This document shows positions 51,101 to 64,000 of a DNA stretch of 64,000 nt, piece by piece. The position numbers and the translations under genes are program-made. Origin of the DNA: Tubiluchus corallicola (taxonomy: Eukaryota; Animalia; Priapulida); NCBI GenBank assembly GCA_030141605.1, contig JAQGDQ010000605.1, positions 66,207 to 130,206 of the forward strand, given 5' to 3'. The first letter of the stretch is position 1, and the number at the start of each line of letters is the position of its first letter. The notes beneath the pieces are model-generated. The model searched no databases. It saw only the letters and a program-made list of their open reading frames with translations, and was not told where the DNA came from.

Positions 51101-54100
51101 TATTACAGATTGTTGATAAGACGCATACCGTCTGTGAACACTTTGCTTCCTCTTTATAGTAACTCAGTGACTGTGGGTAGGTCCCAATCAATCATCAGCT
51201 GGCATTATTTCAAACTTGTGATAAGGCGTGTTACCTGTCTTTCAACGTGTAATTTCACCTGTAGGCTGCCTTGTCGGTCAGACAGGTAGATTTGTATCAG
51301 AACAAACCTAGACAGGCGGGCATGGAACGCTTATCCCAGCTTATATAGGTACAACATGTACACAATAAGATAACGTAGTGTCCAGGTTAAACATTGGCTG
51401 ACCGAGATGAATGTAATTTTAGATTTTTCCAAATAACGAGCTTAAAACACAACAAAACCCTCCATATACATAAAGTTTAAAAATCGTGTTGAAATTTTAA
51501 ATCACTTACCTACTGCCTTTTTGCATACAGGACTTCAATCGGCAGTAACGCTGTATAAAACATGTAAATTTAAATTCCCGCGATGACCGTTAGATGCGGC
51601 CATTTTGACGATAAGTCATTGGAAACAAGTTTAGATAACACTGAGTAAACTTTGAAAAAATTATTAGAGCATTTGCAGCGCACACGTCACTAACTAAATA
51701 TAATTTTAAATTACTATATTTTGTCAATAAGATTAAAAATACGTTTTTGGTTCGTGAGTGGTGCACCCTGGAGGGAGAGTCAGCGACATTTTACCAATTG
51801 GTGAAAACATTTTAAACGATTAATAATTTTTTTCTAATTACATAAGCCTTCCCAGCAGATAAGCGAAAAGTTAAGTAATATAGATTTGCATGGAAAGTCT
51901 TTTGAGATATAATTTAGCATTGTCTTTTCTTCCCTTGATTTACGTTTGGCACATGACGTCATGTAATGGCGCGGTCGGAACAGTATTGCGGGAGATTTAA
52001 AATGAAGACAAACAAAACTTACTTTCAATGCGAGTACAATATATGCATAAAATAGCTATAAAGTAACATAATTTTTAAGGCGATTTTTCTGAAACCTACT
52101 TCAGGTACCCCTTTTCTTGTCCTTTAAGCAGTAAGGAAATATAAGCAAGACGGTAGGAAAGCAGCGAAACTTGAAAAGTAGTGTAAAAATGAAACAAGTG
52201 AAAATAATTTTATAATAAAATAGCGAGTCAGTTAATCACAGCAATAGAGTAAGCACAAGGTATGCCACTAGACAAAATACATAGATAAGATATGTCACTA
52301 GATAAAATACATACATAAGATATGATGTTATAGTAAAAATGTGAGGATTTTATGCTGCAATATACCCACACTTGTTAAACGTTCGCCTAAACTGCACAGT
52401 AATACAATAAGCTATGCTATCTTAAGGAAGAGCAGTAATCAGAAACTAAAAACTAAAAATTAGCTTGTCAGAATCCATCAGCTAATCACGAAACTCATAT
52501 GCTAAATATTCATTTAGCATAGCAAACTTCACTTCAGTTATAAATATCATTTATTTATTATCATTACATCATTATTAGCATAACATCATTAATATCATAG
52601 ATACATAATTAATATCATATGTTATCATTAGATAACATATTTATTGAAAACTGCAATGTTATTAATAGCTTGTATTTCATATTTTGTAATTTCACAGTTT
52701 GTCACTGCTCCATAAACTATTACTACTACTAATATTTCTTTTGATGCGTAGATTTTTGTCTAGAGTAGCAAGCTAAATTTATAACAGTTTAAACAATTAG
52801 AAGGTTTAAATAACGACTTGTATTACTAACCAGCCTAGTAAACCCATACCTATGCTATTATGCACGTTGCTACTGTATCAGTTTTTCTTATGTTTGTTTA
52901 TAAACGCTTTGGGCAGTGATACCACACTGATCTCACTAGTCTATTGTGCAAAACTGATGATAATTTTTCGCTTGAGCTGCCGAACAAATTTGCCTCTAAA
53001 ATTCTACCACCGTTTAAACTATATCGCCACCTCTGGGAGAAATGAGTTTGTGCAGAAAATTTCTTCAGGGCAGCGCCATGACTGCAGGTAGCGGGCTTTT
53101 ACTTTCGTGTAGAAGAGTTTTGAAACCAAACATGACAAATACTTGTAGATTTAAATAATATTGTCATACGTAAAATGAATGTGTATCATACAGTCATAGT
53201 GAATATTCATTTAAAATATTCACAATGAAAGCAGTATCGCAAAACGTACCGACGTAAACATGCTGTGTGAACAGGGAATGATCGGAATTTATTGGTCAAA
53301 ATAAGGCTGTTCGTATTATAGCAGAGACGTTTGATCAAATATTGAAGTGTGTGCCAAAGTATACCATTGTATATGAAGTGGTAACCCTACTGTAAATTTG
53401 ACATCTTTTCCCACCATTGACGTGTGGGCATCAGATTTAGACTTGCTGTCATTTTGGTTGTTCTAGTGTAGTTGGCTAGTTTTATGAGTTTACCGGACCA
53501 AAACGAGCTCAAGAAATCGTTCAACAAGAATCTCCATAAGTTAGGGATACTCGTATTTCAATAAACTGTGTTGCTGTGTCTTTCAAATGGAAGGTTATGG
53601 GTTCGAATGCCGGGTTATGCAAAAGAGTTTAAAATGATGTGCTTTCTGTTGCTTTCCTATCAAAACCTGTTATTCAGAATAATCATCAGCACTACTGTAG
53701 GTGGACAAAGTCACCTCTCACGAGACCTTTTAGGAGGGATTTTCCCTTGATGTGGATTTTATGAACTAATTCTGATGTCTCCTAAACAATTACAAGAATA
53801 GGTTATTGACAATCAGTATGAGTTAGATCCCTGCCTCAATTACGAATCTACAAAAGAATTCTGTGGACATACAGTAATGTTATTAGTTATTACTGATAGT
53901 TAAGCTGTTGATAATTTCTTACTGATAGTGATAATGATAATATCAGAAGACAGAAGGCAGCAATGAACTGATGTTACTATTCTATTAGAATCTTAGTAAC
54001 AATTGCAACTTTGACTACAGGGCGTCTTTATGCAGAGTCTCCTTTTGATGAACGTGAAATTATGAGATCTGTGTTGTCATGTTTAAAAACCCAACACTAA

Positions 54101-57100
54101 ACTCGTGTACATGATTCTCATGTTTAATTTTCAATTAATTTTATTTACGAGTAATGAATTGCTATTTTGAAGGTGCGTGAAACTCGTAACTGTATGGACA
54201 GTTTGTTATATGTGAAATAAAATTACAGTATAATTGAAATTGATTAAGATTGACACATTATGCAAAGTTGTGTCGATTTGCAAGGTCACATATTGTTTAG
54301 CAAGTGTTCTTTGATGAGATACGTTTCATTATTAAATAAAAGGTAATTTATATGAGGATCAAATTGATTCATTTGCAACCCAGAATACAGGTCTCGAGGC
54401 CCTAATGTACCCCGTGGAAAGCACTCGAGAGTTCCTCGGAACGACGTTTGAATAGAATGTCGTATTCTGCACATTCGTTAAGGAGACCTAGCTAAAGTGG
54501 CAGGTTAGTAAATTATCTGAAGGTGTAGGCTTGCTGGCACGTTCATGAGTAAGTATCTTCAAGCAAAACGACAGCTCTCTTTATTAGCTATGTTAGCTTT
54601 GGGTGAATTTTTGTCTTCAGCTACGAGTCATAAAACACACCCGTCACCTCTAGAAATGAGGGCGCCATCAATCAAGTCACTGGAAGTGTTTAAATCATCG
54701 CAAAGACTAAACTAATTGAAAAAAAACCTCTCGGATACCGCCTGTGAAGAAAGATTCCTTTATTTTGGGATTAAGAATTGTCAGTTAATTAAGGAAATGT
54801 CTGGGGCTGTGTGCTTTGCTCACTTGAGCTTTGTTGCAATAATGAGCCACTTGACCGTTTGTTTTTCTATTTGTTTTGCTCTTGTTTTTAGTATTGCCTT
54901 GAGGAAATGTCCGCCTTTCAAAAATAATAAATGTTTGTGTGATGGTGTTTACCCGCTTGTCATCTTGTCATCAGTAGTACTTAGTATCATGGCGTCATGT
55001 AAAGCCTCATTGTGTTCAGCACTGAGTTCGTTACGTCCAATCTCAGCTTTTTTTTCTTTGAGCTCAAGCAATTTTGTATTCATAGCTGAATATTTGCATC
55101 ATTTTTCAAAAAAAAACATTTACTAACAGGACCCTGAACATAGTAATGCGCATGTTTATATTGAGAGCATGATACGGGGGTTATCATGCTATGAAATACA
55201 ATATAATGCAAGACAATGTAATGCAGTACAGTACAGTGCAGTGCAATGCGGTGCAGTGCAGTACAATACAATACAATGCAATGAAATACAATACAATACA
55301 GTACAATACAATGCAATGCAATGCACTGCAATGCAATGCAATGCAATACAATAACAATACAATGCAATACAACACAACACGATACAACGTAATACGCCAC
55401 AAAAAAACTCACAACAGTGCAATATAATATAATGCAATGGAAATATTTTATAAAAAATTATTTTTGGCATTTTACGAAATCTTTAAACTTCATTTCGTTT
55501 TCCTAATAATTTTGTTGTAACGAGTAGACATGAGACATAGAATAAGCTGTTAAAAATATTACAATTTTAAAATTCATCGTTTTTATTGTTTCAGAGATTT
55601 GCAAGGCAACAATATAACTTATATTCACAAAAACGATTTCCAAGGTTTAAAAAATCTTCGAATATTGTAAGTATACCTTTAATTTTTTATTATTATATTA
55701 ATTCACATATATTTTATTAGAAAGCGTACATAATTACATGGTAAATACAGTATAACGAACTTTTTATTATTGTTAACTAAATTATTAACTAATTAGCTAA
55801 TTGTTGATTCTTAAAAATGCTATTGTTAATTGTTATAATCTGAGCCAAACTGATGTTGCCAATGAGATATTCAGAAAGCTGGAATTCTTGATATTGATTG
55901 ATCCAGTGGCGGTATTCATGACAAATTGTTACGTCATAAATTTGACAAAAATGTCAACAAAACTAAAAGAACAGTACAAAAATAAACAGGAAAATCAATA
56001 CGTACATATAAGTGTTATTCTATTTTTGGCTCACCCGGTGCAAACTTTATACATTGGTGATGCAGTTAAAAGCATAAGATGTTTTGATCCAACTCCTAAT
56101 CCTCAGCAAAAAAGACGCATTTCTGGGATTATTTAGATGTGGTAGTTGGTTGAGGTTCCTGAAATTATACATTGTGAAAATCTATAAGCATCTAATGAGG
56201 AAATATATGAATTGCGTGTTATGAGTATCATTATCTGAGTATTTTGTTGCAGACAATTGCTGGACAATCAAATATCTGGCATCGAACGAGGCGCTTTCGA
56301 TGATCTTGTATCAATAGAAAGACTGTAAGTAAAAATCAATACTTCGGTATAGCCACGTGTCATATAAAAGTAAAATGGCCGGCAAACGTATCTAAGAAAT
56401 ACTACTAAAATGTTGCTGTATGTATTAATCTTGTTTTAAAACAATAGCTGTATCGTGACCTGTCAAAAATCGAGGCCAAATCAGGGTGTTGAAAATTTTT
56501 GACGCTAAGCTTAAAGCAAAACCGGACGATTGTGTAAACATTAGTTCAGAATAAAGAATGCCCTAAAATATTGAAAACTACAATAGCTTTTTTTTTAAAT
56601 CAAAGCTTAGATTACATAATAGTTACCACGGACACATGTTAAACTTTCGCACGGTTCAGTGAATCTACTAAGATTGGCAGCGGCGCCTTTTTGTCACATG
56701 TGCGTGGCCGATAATTAGAAGGCGGTACCGTGCCATGATCATGAACTGCAGTGTTAGTTTCTGACGTCATATGATTTAGAGCCCATTTTCATGACATCAT
56801 GCGTTTAAGCAGTACTGTAACACTTATGCAAACGTGTTTGACGCGCAAGGGAAGACCCCTGCCATTGCACAAACTGTGGTTAGTTTCTGACGTAAGCAAT
56901 AGCTGTGTTCGGTTGCCGTTAATTAACTTTCTAAGCTAATTATTCCAATATAAGGAACAACTCGTAACTTTTATAGGCAAGAAAATGTATATTTTGGGCA
57001 GTAAATTAAAATGAGATTGAGTCTAATCGTCCGGTCTTCCTTTAATTTTGAATCAACCAAGGTAAAACGTGACATCAATGAAGCATCAGTGTGATTTCTT

Positions 57101-59185
57101 AAGCGTTCCCATCTCCTTTCACTATGTTGTTTTTTTTATTCACTTTCTTAGCTTATATTGACTTCCCAGCTTTGAGAAACTACAATTCAACATCCCTGTT
57201 TGCCAGAGCTGCATTTACACCACTGGAGATGTGATTATTAATATTTATGGATATTCAATATCTTTCACGTGTCATTCGGTCATTGCTGGCACTTATTTCG
57301 GGAAAATTCAATAATACATGCCGCTCCGTGTAGCGTTTCCGTCGCTTCCGCCGCTTGTAGTAAATTATAAATACGCTGCTGGCAGAGCTTGACAATATCG
57401 CGAAACTGCAAATGTTTGAGCTGCAGAAATTACGTAAGAAGTTCCAAGGACTATAATTCCTAATTAACAGTTCCAGTGTGCGACTCCTCAGATGCCGTAA
57501 GGTGACATTTGATAGAGACTTTTCATGTCCAGCAATACCAGCATGGCCACACACATAAGTCACATTTGATAGAGAATTTTCATGTCCAACAATACCAGCA
57601 TGGCCGCACACATAAGTCACATTTGATAGAGAATTTTCATGTCCAGCAATACCAGCATGGCCACACACATAAGTCACATTTGATAGAGAATTTTCATGTC
57701 CAGCAATACCAGCATGGCCACACATATAAGTCACATTTGATAGAGAATTTTCATGTCCAGCAATACCAGCATGGCCCCACATATAAGTCACATTTGATAG
57801 AGAATTTTCATGTCCAGCAATACCAGCATGGCCACACATATAAGTCACATTTGATAGAGAATTTTCATGTCCAGCAATACCAGCATGGCCACACATATAA
57901 GTGCTCGTGACAATGACACACTGTGCTGTATGACGTATGGCGTGCATTTATGCTCTGTTCAACATTGTGGCCTCGGTGACAAAATAAGATTCAGATTTAT
58001 TTATTTATGACATTCCTTCGACAATAAATCGTCATTACATGAAAAATTTTCGAATTTTTGCGAACGAAACAGCAAACCATGAAAAGGGCGCAAACGGTCG
58101 TTAATATTTTCGGGTCGTACATTACATGTAAAAATAGAATATGATATTGATAATATGTGATATAGTATTATCTCGTCGGTTGTGCCTTCATGCGATATAA
58201 ATACCAGTTTCACCCTTTTGTTTTTGAAACTTCATGCGATATAAATGCCAGTTCACCCTTTTGTTTTTGAAACTTCATGCGATATAAATACCAGTTTCAT
58301 GCTTGTGTTTTTGAAACTTCATGCGATATAAATACCAGTTTCATCCTTTTGTTTTTGAAACTTCATGCGACATAAATTTGAGTTTCACCCTTTTGTTTTT
58401 GAAGCTTCATGCGACATAAATTTCAGTTTCACCCTTTTGTTTTTGAAGCTTCATGCGATATAAATGCCAGTTTCATCCTTTTGTTTTTGAAACTTCATGC
58501 GACATAAGTTTGAGTTTCACCCTTTTGTTTTTGAAGCTTCATGCGACATAAATTTGAGTTTCACCCTTTTGTTTTTGAAACTTCATGCGATATAAATACC
58601 AATTTCATCCTTTTGTTTTTGAAGCTTCATGCGATATAAATACCAGTTTCACCCTGTTGTTTTTGAAACTTTCTGGCCAAAATTTAACTTGAGGTAAATT
58701 TCATTCGTGCATTTTGCCCATCGTGAAGCCCGTCGTTCAAGCAAAATTCTCGTGCAATGGGGGGCTTCATCGAAGAACATCTGTCAGGTTCACTGCAACA
58801 GAACATATGGAAACATTTGTAAACAATAAACTATGTACAGCACAGAAAATTTTTATTGCTTTAGGTTAATCACCGAGTCATATTATTATATACTGCGTTT
58901 ATATCTACCCCTATTAAAATACATACTCAATATACAAGATATATCGATGTTAAAGTTTCGATGGACACGCCTATCATTTTCAAAATCGGAAAAATTCTAG
59001 AATTATTTTGATTTTGAAAGGGACAGGCGTATCCAATCATAGTAGTGCAGTGATATATATAGTATTTAATATTTTATGTGATAAATAAAATGTAGTATTA
59101 ATTCTATTTCTAGGCGATTAAATAATAACCGACTACAAAGTATGCCAGATCTACTATTTCTCAATATGCCTAGACTGTACAGATT
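48157..59185 (+). CDS. Slit: Slit (Robo ligand), first four coding exons 48157-48338, 55595-55666, 56253-56324, 59114-59185; gene continues beyond the right edge
   Basis: Signal peptide plus LRRNT CPKECSCAGHSLDCANMGLTYVPRDVPRNAERL, then three 72-nt phase-2 LRR exons: DLQGNNITYIHKNDFQGLKNLRIL / QLLDNQISGIERGAFDDLVSIERL / RLNNNRLQSMPDLLFLNMPRLYRL, matching the first LRR domain of Slit; all donors GTAAGT. Confidence 0.92.
49911..50326. mobile_element. hAT-type MITE with perfect 8-bp TSD (Slit intron 1)
   Basis: TAGGGGTGAACA...TGCTCACCCCTA TIRs, ATGTAAAG on both sides (49903-49910, 50327-50334), dense subterminal TTCGAA/CCGAA motifs. Confidence 0.92.
50740..50795 (+). mobile_element. 5S rRNA-derived SINE-like/pseudogene fragment
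   Basis: cgaaagttaagcaaagctaagcatggtcagtgtgtggatgggttaccgc aligns by eye to the 5S internal promoter region; the rest of 5S is absent. Confidence 0.55.
55192..55440. repeat. (TACAA/TGCAA)n pentamer microsatellite
   Basis: Directly visible; source of the CIVLY/QYNTI ORFs. Confidence 0.93.
56511..57045 (+). mobile_element. TTAA-flanked MITE (T2/Kolobok-like), longest copy
   Basis: TTAA-AGCAAAACCGGACGATT ... AATCGTCCGGTCTTCCT-TTAA; related copies at 3224 and 24820. Confidence 0.88.
57503..57902. repeat. 57-bp minisatellite x7
   Basis: Unit tcacatttgatagagaattttcatgtccagcaataccagcatggccacacatataag. Confidence 0.96.
58186..58671. repeat. ~44-bp minisatellite x11
   Basis: Unit cttcatgcgatataaataccagtttcacccttttgtttttgaaa. 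Confidence 0.95.
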
Positions 59186-59439
59186 GTAAGTACCTCTATT
59201 ATTTATTTTTCAAAATATAGTAAATGTGATCGATTACAAGTGGTGAAATTTTTGAAACAAACTTTATTAGCCAATAAATGCCAGACCAAAGTATGTTATG
59301 GCTCAACCAAGTCTTTATATATTGGTGTAAACAAATTTGTTTGAATCAAAGTCAATAAAACTTGCATGAGTGGAAGTCTATCAAGAGTCCCATCTTTTCA
59401 GTAAACCAGTTCTACTTAAAATTTTCTTTAAGCTGAAAT

Positions 59440-59824
59440 CGATGCGTTTCAAAGGCGAAATTACAGAAACATTTTGGGTATCAGATGGCCAAAGAAAATC
59501 TCAAACAAAGATCTATATGAAAAAATAAAAGAACCTTGGACAAGAAAAATAAAAAGACGCCGTTTAAGATGGATTGGGCATATGCTTAGACTACCTCATG
59601 ATATTCCAGTGAAGATAGCTCTTCAACAAGCCATAGAACCAGCTAAAAAACCTTCAGGGGGACAAATATTAACATATTTCGATTTTGCACAGAAATATTT
59701 AAACACTTCAGATCCTTAGAAATAAATGCAGTTAAGGCATTGTAGCGTGTAGGGAGTCCTGGCAGAGGGAGGTGAGCAGAATCATGTCACTGGACGTGTG
59801 ATTCATTGGATGATGATGATGATG
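59440..59824 (+). mobile_element. RTE-like LINE 3' fragment
   Basis: LGIRWPKKISNKDLYEK...KIKRRRLRWIGHMLRLP...K.AL is the typical C-terminal region of RTE-clade ORF2; (GAT)n tail at ~59809-59824. Confidence 0.85.
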
Positions 59825-61186
59825 AAAATTTTCTTTGCTAGTTACTTGATTGTTGCAAATCCTCCTGCTTATGAGTAAATAGATATGCAAAACAAACGTA
59901 GCCAGACATCATTTAACATTCACAGGGCCTTTACTATGGAATAAACTTTGTATAGAAATAAAAAATGCTAAATCACAACACATATATTCAAACGTAAATT
60001 TATGAAATCGATTCTTGAGTCATATGGGCCTAATTAGTCAATTTCTGTAATTGAAAATAACGCATCTTTATATATTTTTTATAGTTCAATATTTTAACAC
60101 AATTTTCGTAACACTGCAAGAATGACTAACTTGGTTTATATCAACGAACCTGGCGCATTATCACCATTAGCATCAGTTCATTATCATTGTCATTAGCATT
60201 AATATCGCCATCGTTATCATCATTATCATCAACATCGTCATTATCATTTTCTCGCATCTATTTGCTTCGATCCGTTTAACATATTTTTTAAGTTGTTGTT
60301 TATTTCATTAATTAGGTCTTATCCATGTTGAGCGTAGCTCATAAGTTAATTTCTTCTGCTGCGCTCATAGCTAATGCATTGTTAATTAGTAATTTTATAA
60401 CTTTTTGTATTGTGCTAAATGGATGGATGAATGGGCTAAATCTAAATCTAAATTTTTTGCCGGCCTAATTAAATGACGTGAATTATAATTATGTCGCGTG
60501 TTTGTAATTTTACATATTAAACTGTAGGAAGTTTTCATTGCTAGTTTTAGCAGGCTGTTGTTCTAGCTCAGACTGCTTCACATACTGTGGAATTTACTTT
60601 AATTAATGACTCACCTTCGATACATATGCATCATATTTGATGCATGTCAGCTCGCTGGACACACAAGCCTCCTAATTACATTTTAAATACTGATGAACTG
60701 GGCGGCATCCTAGGGAGAGAAGTGGAAGACTTACGAGGATCTGTCATCGAATGGTTGGGCTAATCGCTGGCATGCTTGTTCACTGCCTCAATGTAAGGCT
60801 ACCGCTGGAGGCTTATTCAAATAACATGCCGCTCTTACAACTTCTGTACAACTTGCTGACAGATAACATCGTCAGTTGGAATTGCGTTGGTGGTGCTACT
60901 GGTGGCATAGAAGCGAGTGGTTAACATACAGGCGTTCCCATGAGATGTGTTTCATTAGAGCTTAAACTTGCTCAAACCTTTCTTACCTTCATTAATACTA
61001 TGCATGTCGTCTAGGGCATAGAGCAAAGACAGCTGGAACTTAGATATATCTGTACTTAACCAACGATAATAAGTATCATTTTTTGATACCCCAATGTTGG
61101 AATAACCTGGCTCAATACTGGTGATGGTAAAAGCTCACATTTCAAATTTAATGCCAAACTTGGGAAACGGGAAATATTAAAGATTG

Positions 61187-61261
61187 CAACAGAGCCTGGA
61201 TTTGAACCAAGGACATTCTGCTTACAAGACAGACGTCTTAGACCACTAGAACTACCTTGTT
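61187..61261 (-). pseudogene. tRNA-Thr(UGU)-like sequence inside a dispersed repeat
   Basis: Minus strand folds as AACAAGG TA GTTCTAGTGGTCTAAGAC G TCTGT CT-TGT-AA GCAGA ATGTC CTTGG TTCAAAT CCAGG CTCTGTT; imperfect acceptor and D stems; flanks resemble 36520-36700. Confidence 0.55.
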
Positions 61262-61897
61262 CCCCAGCCTGTCCAAAGACAGTCCAATGTTCATTCTTAC
61301 AGCTGGTCGCTCAGTTCAGCATTTCTAATTTTAGATCACTCAAACTTGCATGATTCTAACTAATTAGATTAATTTTAATTTTTGATTAACTTTAAGTCTC
61401 AAATTCGCGAGAGTATCACCTGCTTAATCCCATTTTTGGCGAGCAACTCGGTTGAACTAACGGTTGTATTTTTGACATTGCTGAGGCACCGATTATCAAA
61501 ACCCGTCTTTTATAATTTCCTAGTGTTCCTGTGTGGTAACAGCACATAGTTGTGGCTTCCCATCTTGCTGCCGTGTATCTCAACCTTTCTGTCTAACACA
61601 TATATAATATATATAATTTTGTATATCAAACACTTTCCTATCTGCTCACCTCAACATAGATAAGATTTTTAGGGAGTTTAGTTGACTGTCCTTGTGGGTG
61701 GCTTCCTGGGAAGCCCATTGTTGAATATATTCAGCTCACATATATCAAGCAGCTATAGAAATCTCTAAAGCTCCTGATATGATACGTGTAAGGAATCCCC
61801 TATACAATAGCTGTAATGTACAGCCGGTATTCTTGCCTGACTGACCTTGTAGTCTTAAATTCCTTGCACCACCAAAATAGAAAATATGATAGAGTAT

Positions 61898-63065
61898 GAC
61901 AAGACAGGATGTGGCAGGACAGGACAGGAGTCACAGGAGAGGACAGGACAGGAGTCACACTACTCACAGGAGAGGGCAGGGCAGGACAGACCAGGAGCCA
62001 CAGTACTCACAGGAAAAGACAGGACAGGGCAGGAGTCACAGTACTCAACAGGAGAGGACAGGGCAGGAGTCACAGTACTCACAGGAAAAGACAGAGCAGG
62101 ACAGGAGTCACAGTACTCACAGGAGAGGGCAGGGCAGGACAGACCAGGAGCCACAGTACTCACAGGAAAAGACAGGACAGGGCAGGAGTCACAGTACTCA
62201 CAGCAGAGGACAGAACAGGCCAGGAGTTAAAGTACTCACAGGAAAGGACAGAACAGGACAGGAGTCACAGTACTCACAGGAGAGGACAGGGCAGGAGTCA
62301 CAGTACTCACAGGAGAGGGCAGGGCAGGAGTCACAGTACTCACAGGAAAAGACAGAGCAGGACAGGAGTCACAGTACTCACAGGAGAGGGCAGGGCAGGA
62401 CAGGAGTTACAGTACTCACAGGAAAGGACAGAATAAGACAGGAGTCACACTACTCGCAGGAGACGGCAGGGCAGGAGTCACACTACTCACAGGAGAGGGC
62501 AGGGCAGGACAGGGCAGGGTAGGACAGGCCAGGAGTCACAGTACTCACAGGAGAGGGCAGGAGTCAGAGTATTCACAGGAGAGGGCAGGGCAGGACAGGC
62601 CAGGAGTCACAGTACTCACAGGAGAGGGCAGGACAGGGCAGGAGTCAGAGTATTCACAGGAGAGGGCAGGGCAGGACAGGGCAGGAGTCACAGTACTCAC
62701 AGGAAAGGAGAGAACAGGACAGGAGTCACAGTACTCACAGGAAAGGACAGGAGTCACAGTACTTACAGGAAAGGACAGGACAGGGCAGGAGTCACAGTAC
62801 TCACAGGAAAGGACAGAACAGGACAGGAGTTACAGTACTCACAGGAAAGGACAGAATAAGACAGGAGTCACACTACTCACAGCAGAGGACAGAACAGGCC
62901 AGGAGTTACAGTATTCACAGGATAGGACAGGACAGCACAGGAGTCACACAACTCACAAGAGAGGGCAGGGAAGGACAGACCAGGAGTCACAGTACTCACA
63001 GTAAAGGACAGGACAAGCCAGGAGTCACAGTACTCACAGCAGAGGACAGAACAGGACAGGACAAA
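61898..63065. repeat. Purine-rich variable-unit satellite (~26-41 bp units)
   Basis: Core caggagtcacagtactcacagga separated by variable numbers of ggaca/gggca pentamers. Confidence 0.96.
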
Positions 63066-64000
63066 ACAGTGGAGACCAGAGCAGGGAAAGACAGAACATT
63101 ATTGTCAATTCAGATATTTGCCAAACAGATTCTGTGAAGCATAACCTCGCTGCTCTCATTCTTCTTATCACATCATCGTAATCACATTATATAGATTAGG
63201 TTTTGCACATATATGGATTAATTTGGCTTTGCCCAAAGATTAATGTTTAAGCCGCCTAGCACAGAAGCTTTAAGCCACATTCCAAAACTTGAATCCATTC
63301 TTGCAACGAAGCGCCCCTCTTTTCTACCGTTTGTCCATTCTCTGCCACTGACAATGGATTTGGAAGAAAGAGCATCCTTCAGTGAATGGGCAGTGGAATA
63401 AGTCGAGTAAAGGTGTGAAGTGTCCTGTCCATCTAGTGTTTGCCTTTCCTGAACAAGGTTGTTAATTAATGTGAGAAATTTAGATAGTGGACAGCGGTTT
63501 GCGGTTGACCTTTCCAGGATTGGGGGTACTAGTATTGTTCATTACTATAGGGGTGTACTAGATTGAGAAGTGTACTAACCCTGTACTTAGACGGATTATA
63601 GGCCTAATGATAAGCAAGTTTTTGGCAGTTCGAGTTTGATATTTACAGATTACAGTTTACAGTAAACTCTATGGTCACATCTTGCTTTCATCATGTATAT
63701 GTTTAACATGAAAGCGGAAAAGAATTGAATAATGCCAGTTTTACTTTCCGTTTCTCATTTCTCGTAGAGTTTGTTTTTACTTCACTGAAATTAAACGGGT
63801 ATAGACTTTTGCGAACGGCTTAGTGGGTTTTACACGGCCTCGTGAGATTGCGCAGAACATTTTTTTACTTTTTTCTGAAGTCTTTCAACATTTTACGATA
63901 CAGCACTTCTCAGAATTTTGGACAATTTATTCCTATGGATGCCGTCGTCAATATCACAGCACACACAATACGTAACTGAACGAAGTATACCGAAGAAAAT

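Noticed and set aside
57255-57947. 230-aa and 133-aa repeat ORFs (also ORFs at 31132-31644, 34595-35346, 43484-43934, 55080-55470, 61886-62757)
   Set aside because: All are translations of mini/microsatellites, open on both strands, with no splice or domain support.
61187-61261. Functional tRNA-Thr gene
   Set aside because: Mismatched acceptor and D stems, no clear oligo-T terminator directly downstream, and it is embedded in a dispersed repeat.

Overview
AT-rich, intron- and repeat-rich animal genomic DNA (invertebrate-like; the taxon cannot be fixed from the window). All exon models were built by hand from GT/AG sites and reading-frame continuity. Recognisable genes: FoxO (first coding exon, minus strand), a complete 7-exon TIPRL/TIP41 gene, the first four coding exons of Slit, and an intronless secreted vWA/MIDAS protein. 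Three further spliced genes are missed or fragmented by the ORF track. (i) A ~160-aa secreted Tyr/Asn/Gly/Arg/Lys-rich, Cys-free protein (44623-47253) that compositionally resembles DOPA-type wet-adhesive/cement proteins; this is the most interesting signal. (ii) A putative ~401-aa disordered protein with an N-terminal PP1-docking-type motif (RSISW) and a 17-aa repeat (minus strand, ~11.8-kb intron). (iii) An orphan multi-exon gene upstream of FoxO, one of whose splice acceptors is tandemly triplicated. The rest is MITEs (hAT-type with 8-bp TSDs, pogo/Tigger-like, TTAA-flanked), tRNA- and 5S-derived SINE-like repeats, LINE fragments and many minisatellites, several of which sit at transposon ends. 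No CRISPR or prokaryotic features.
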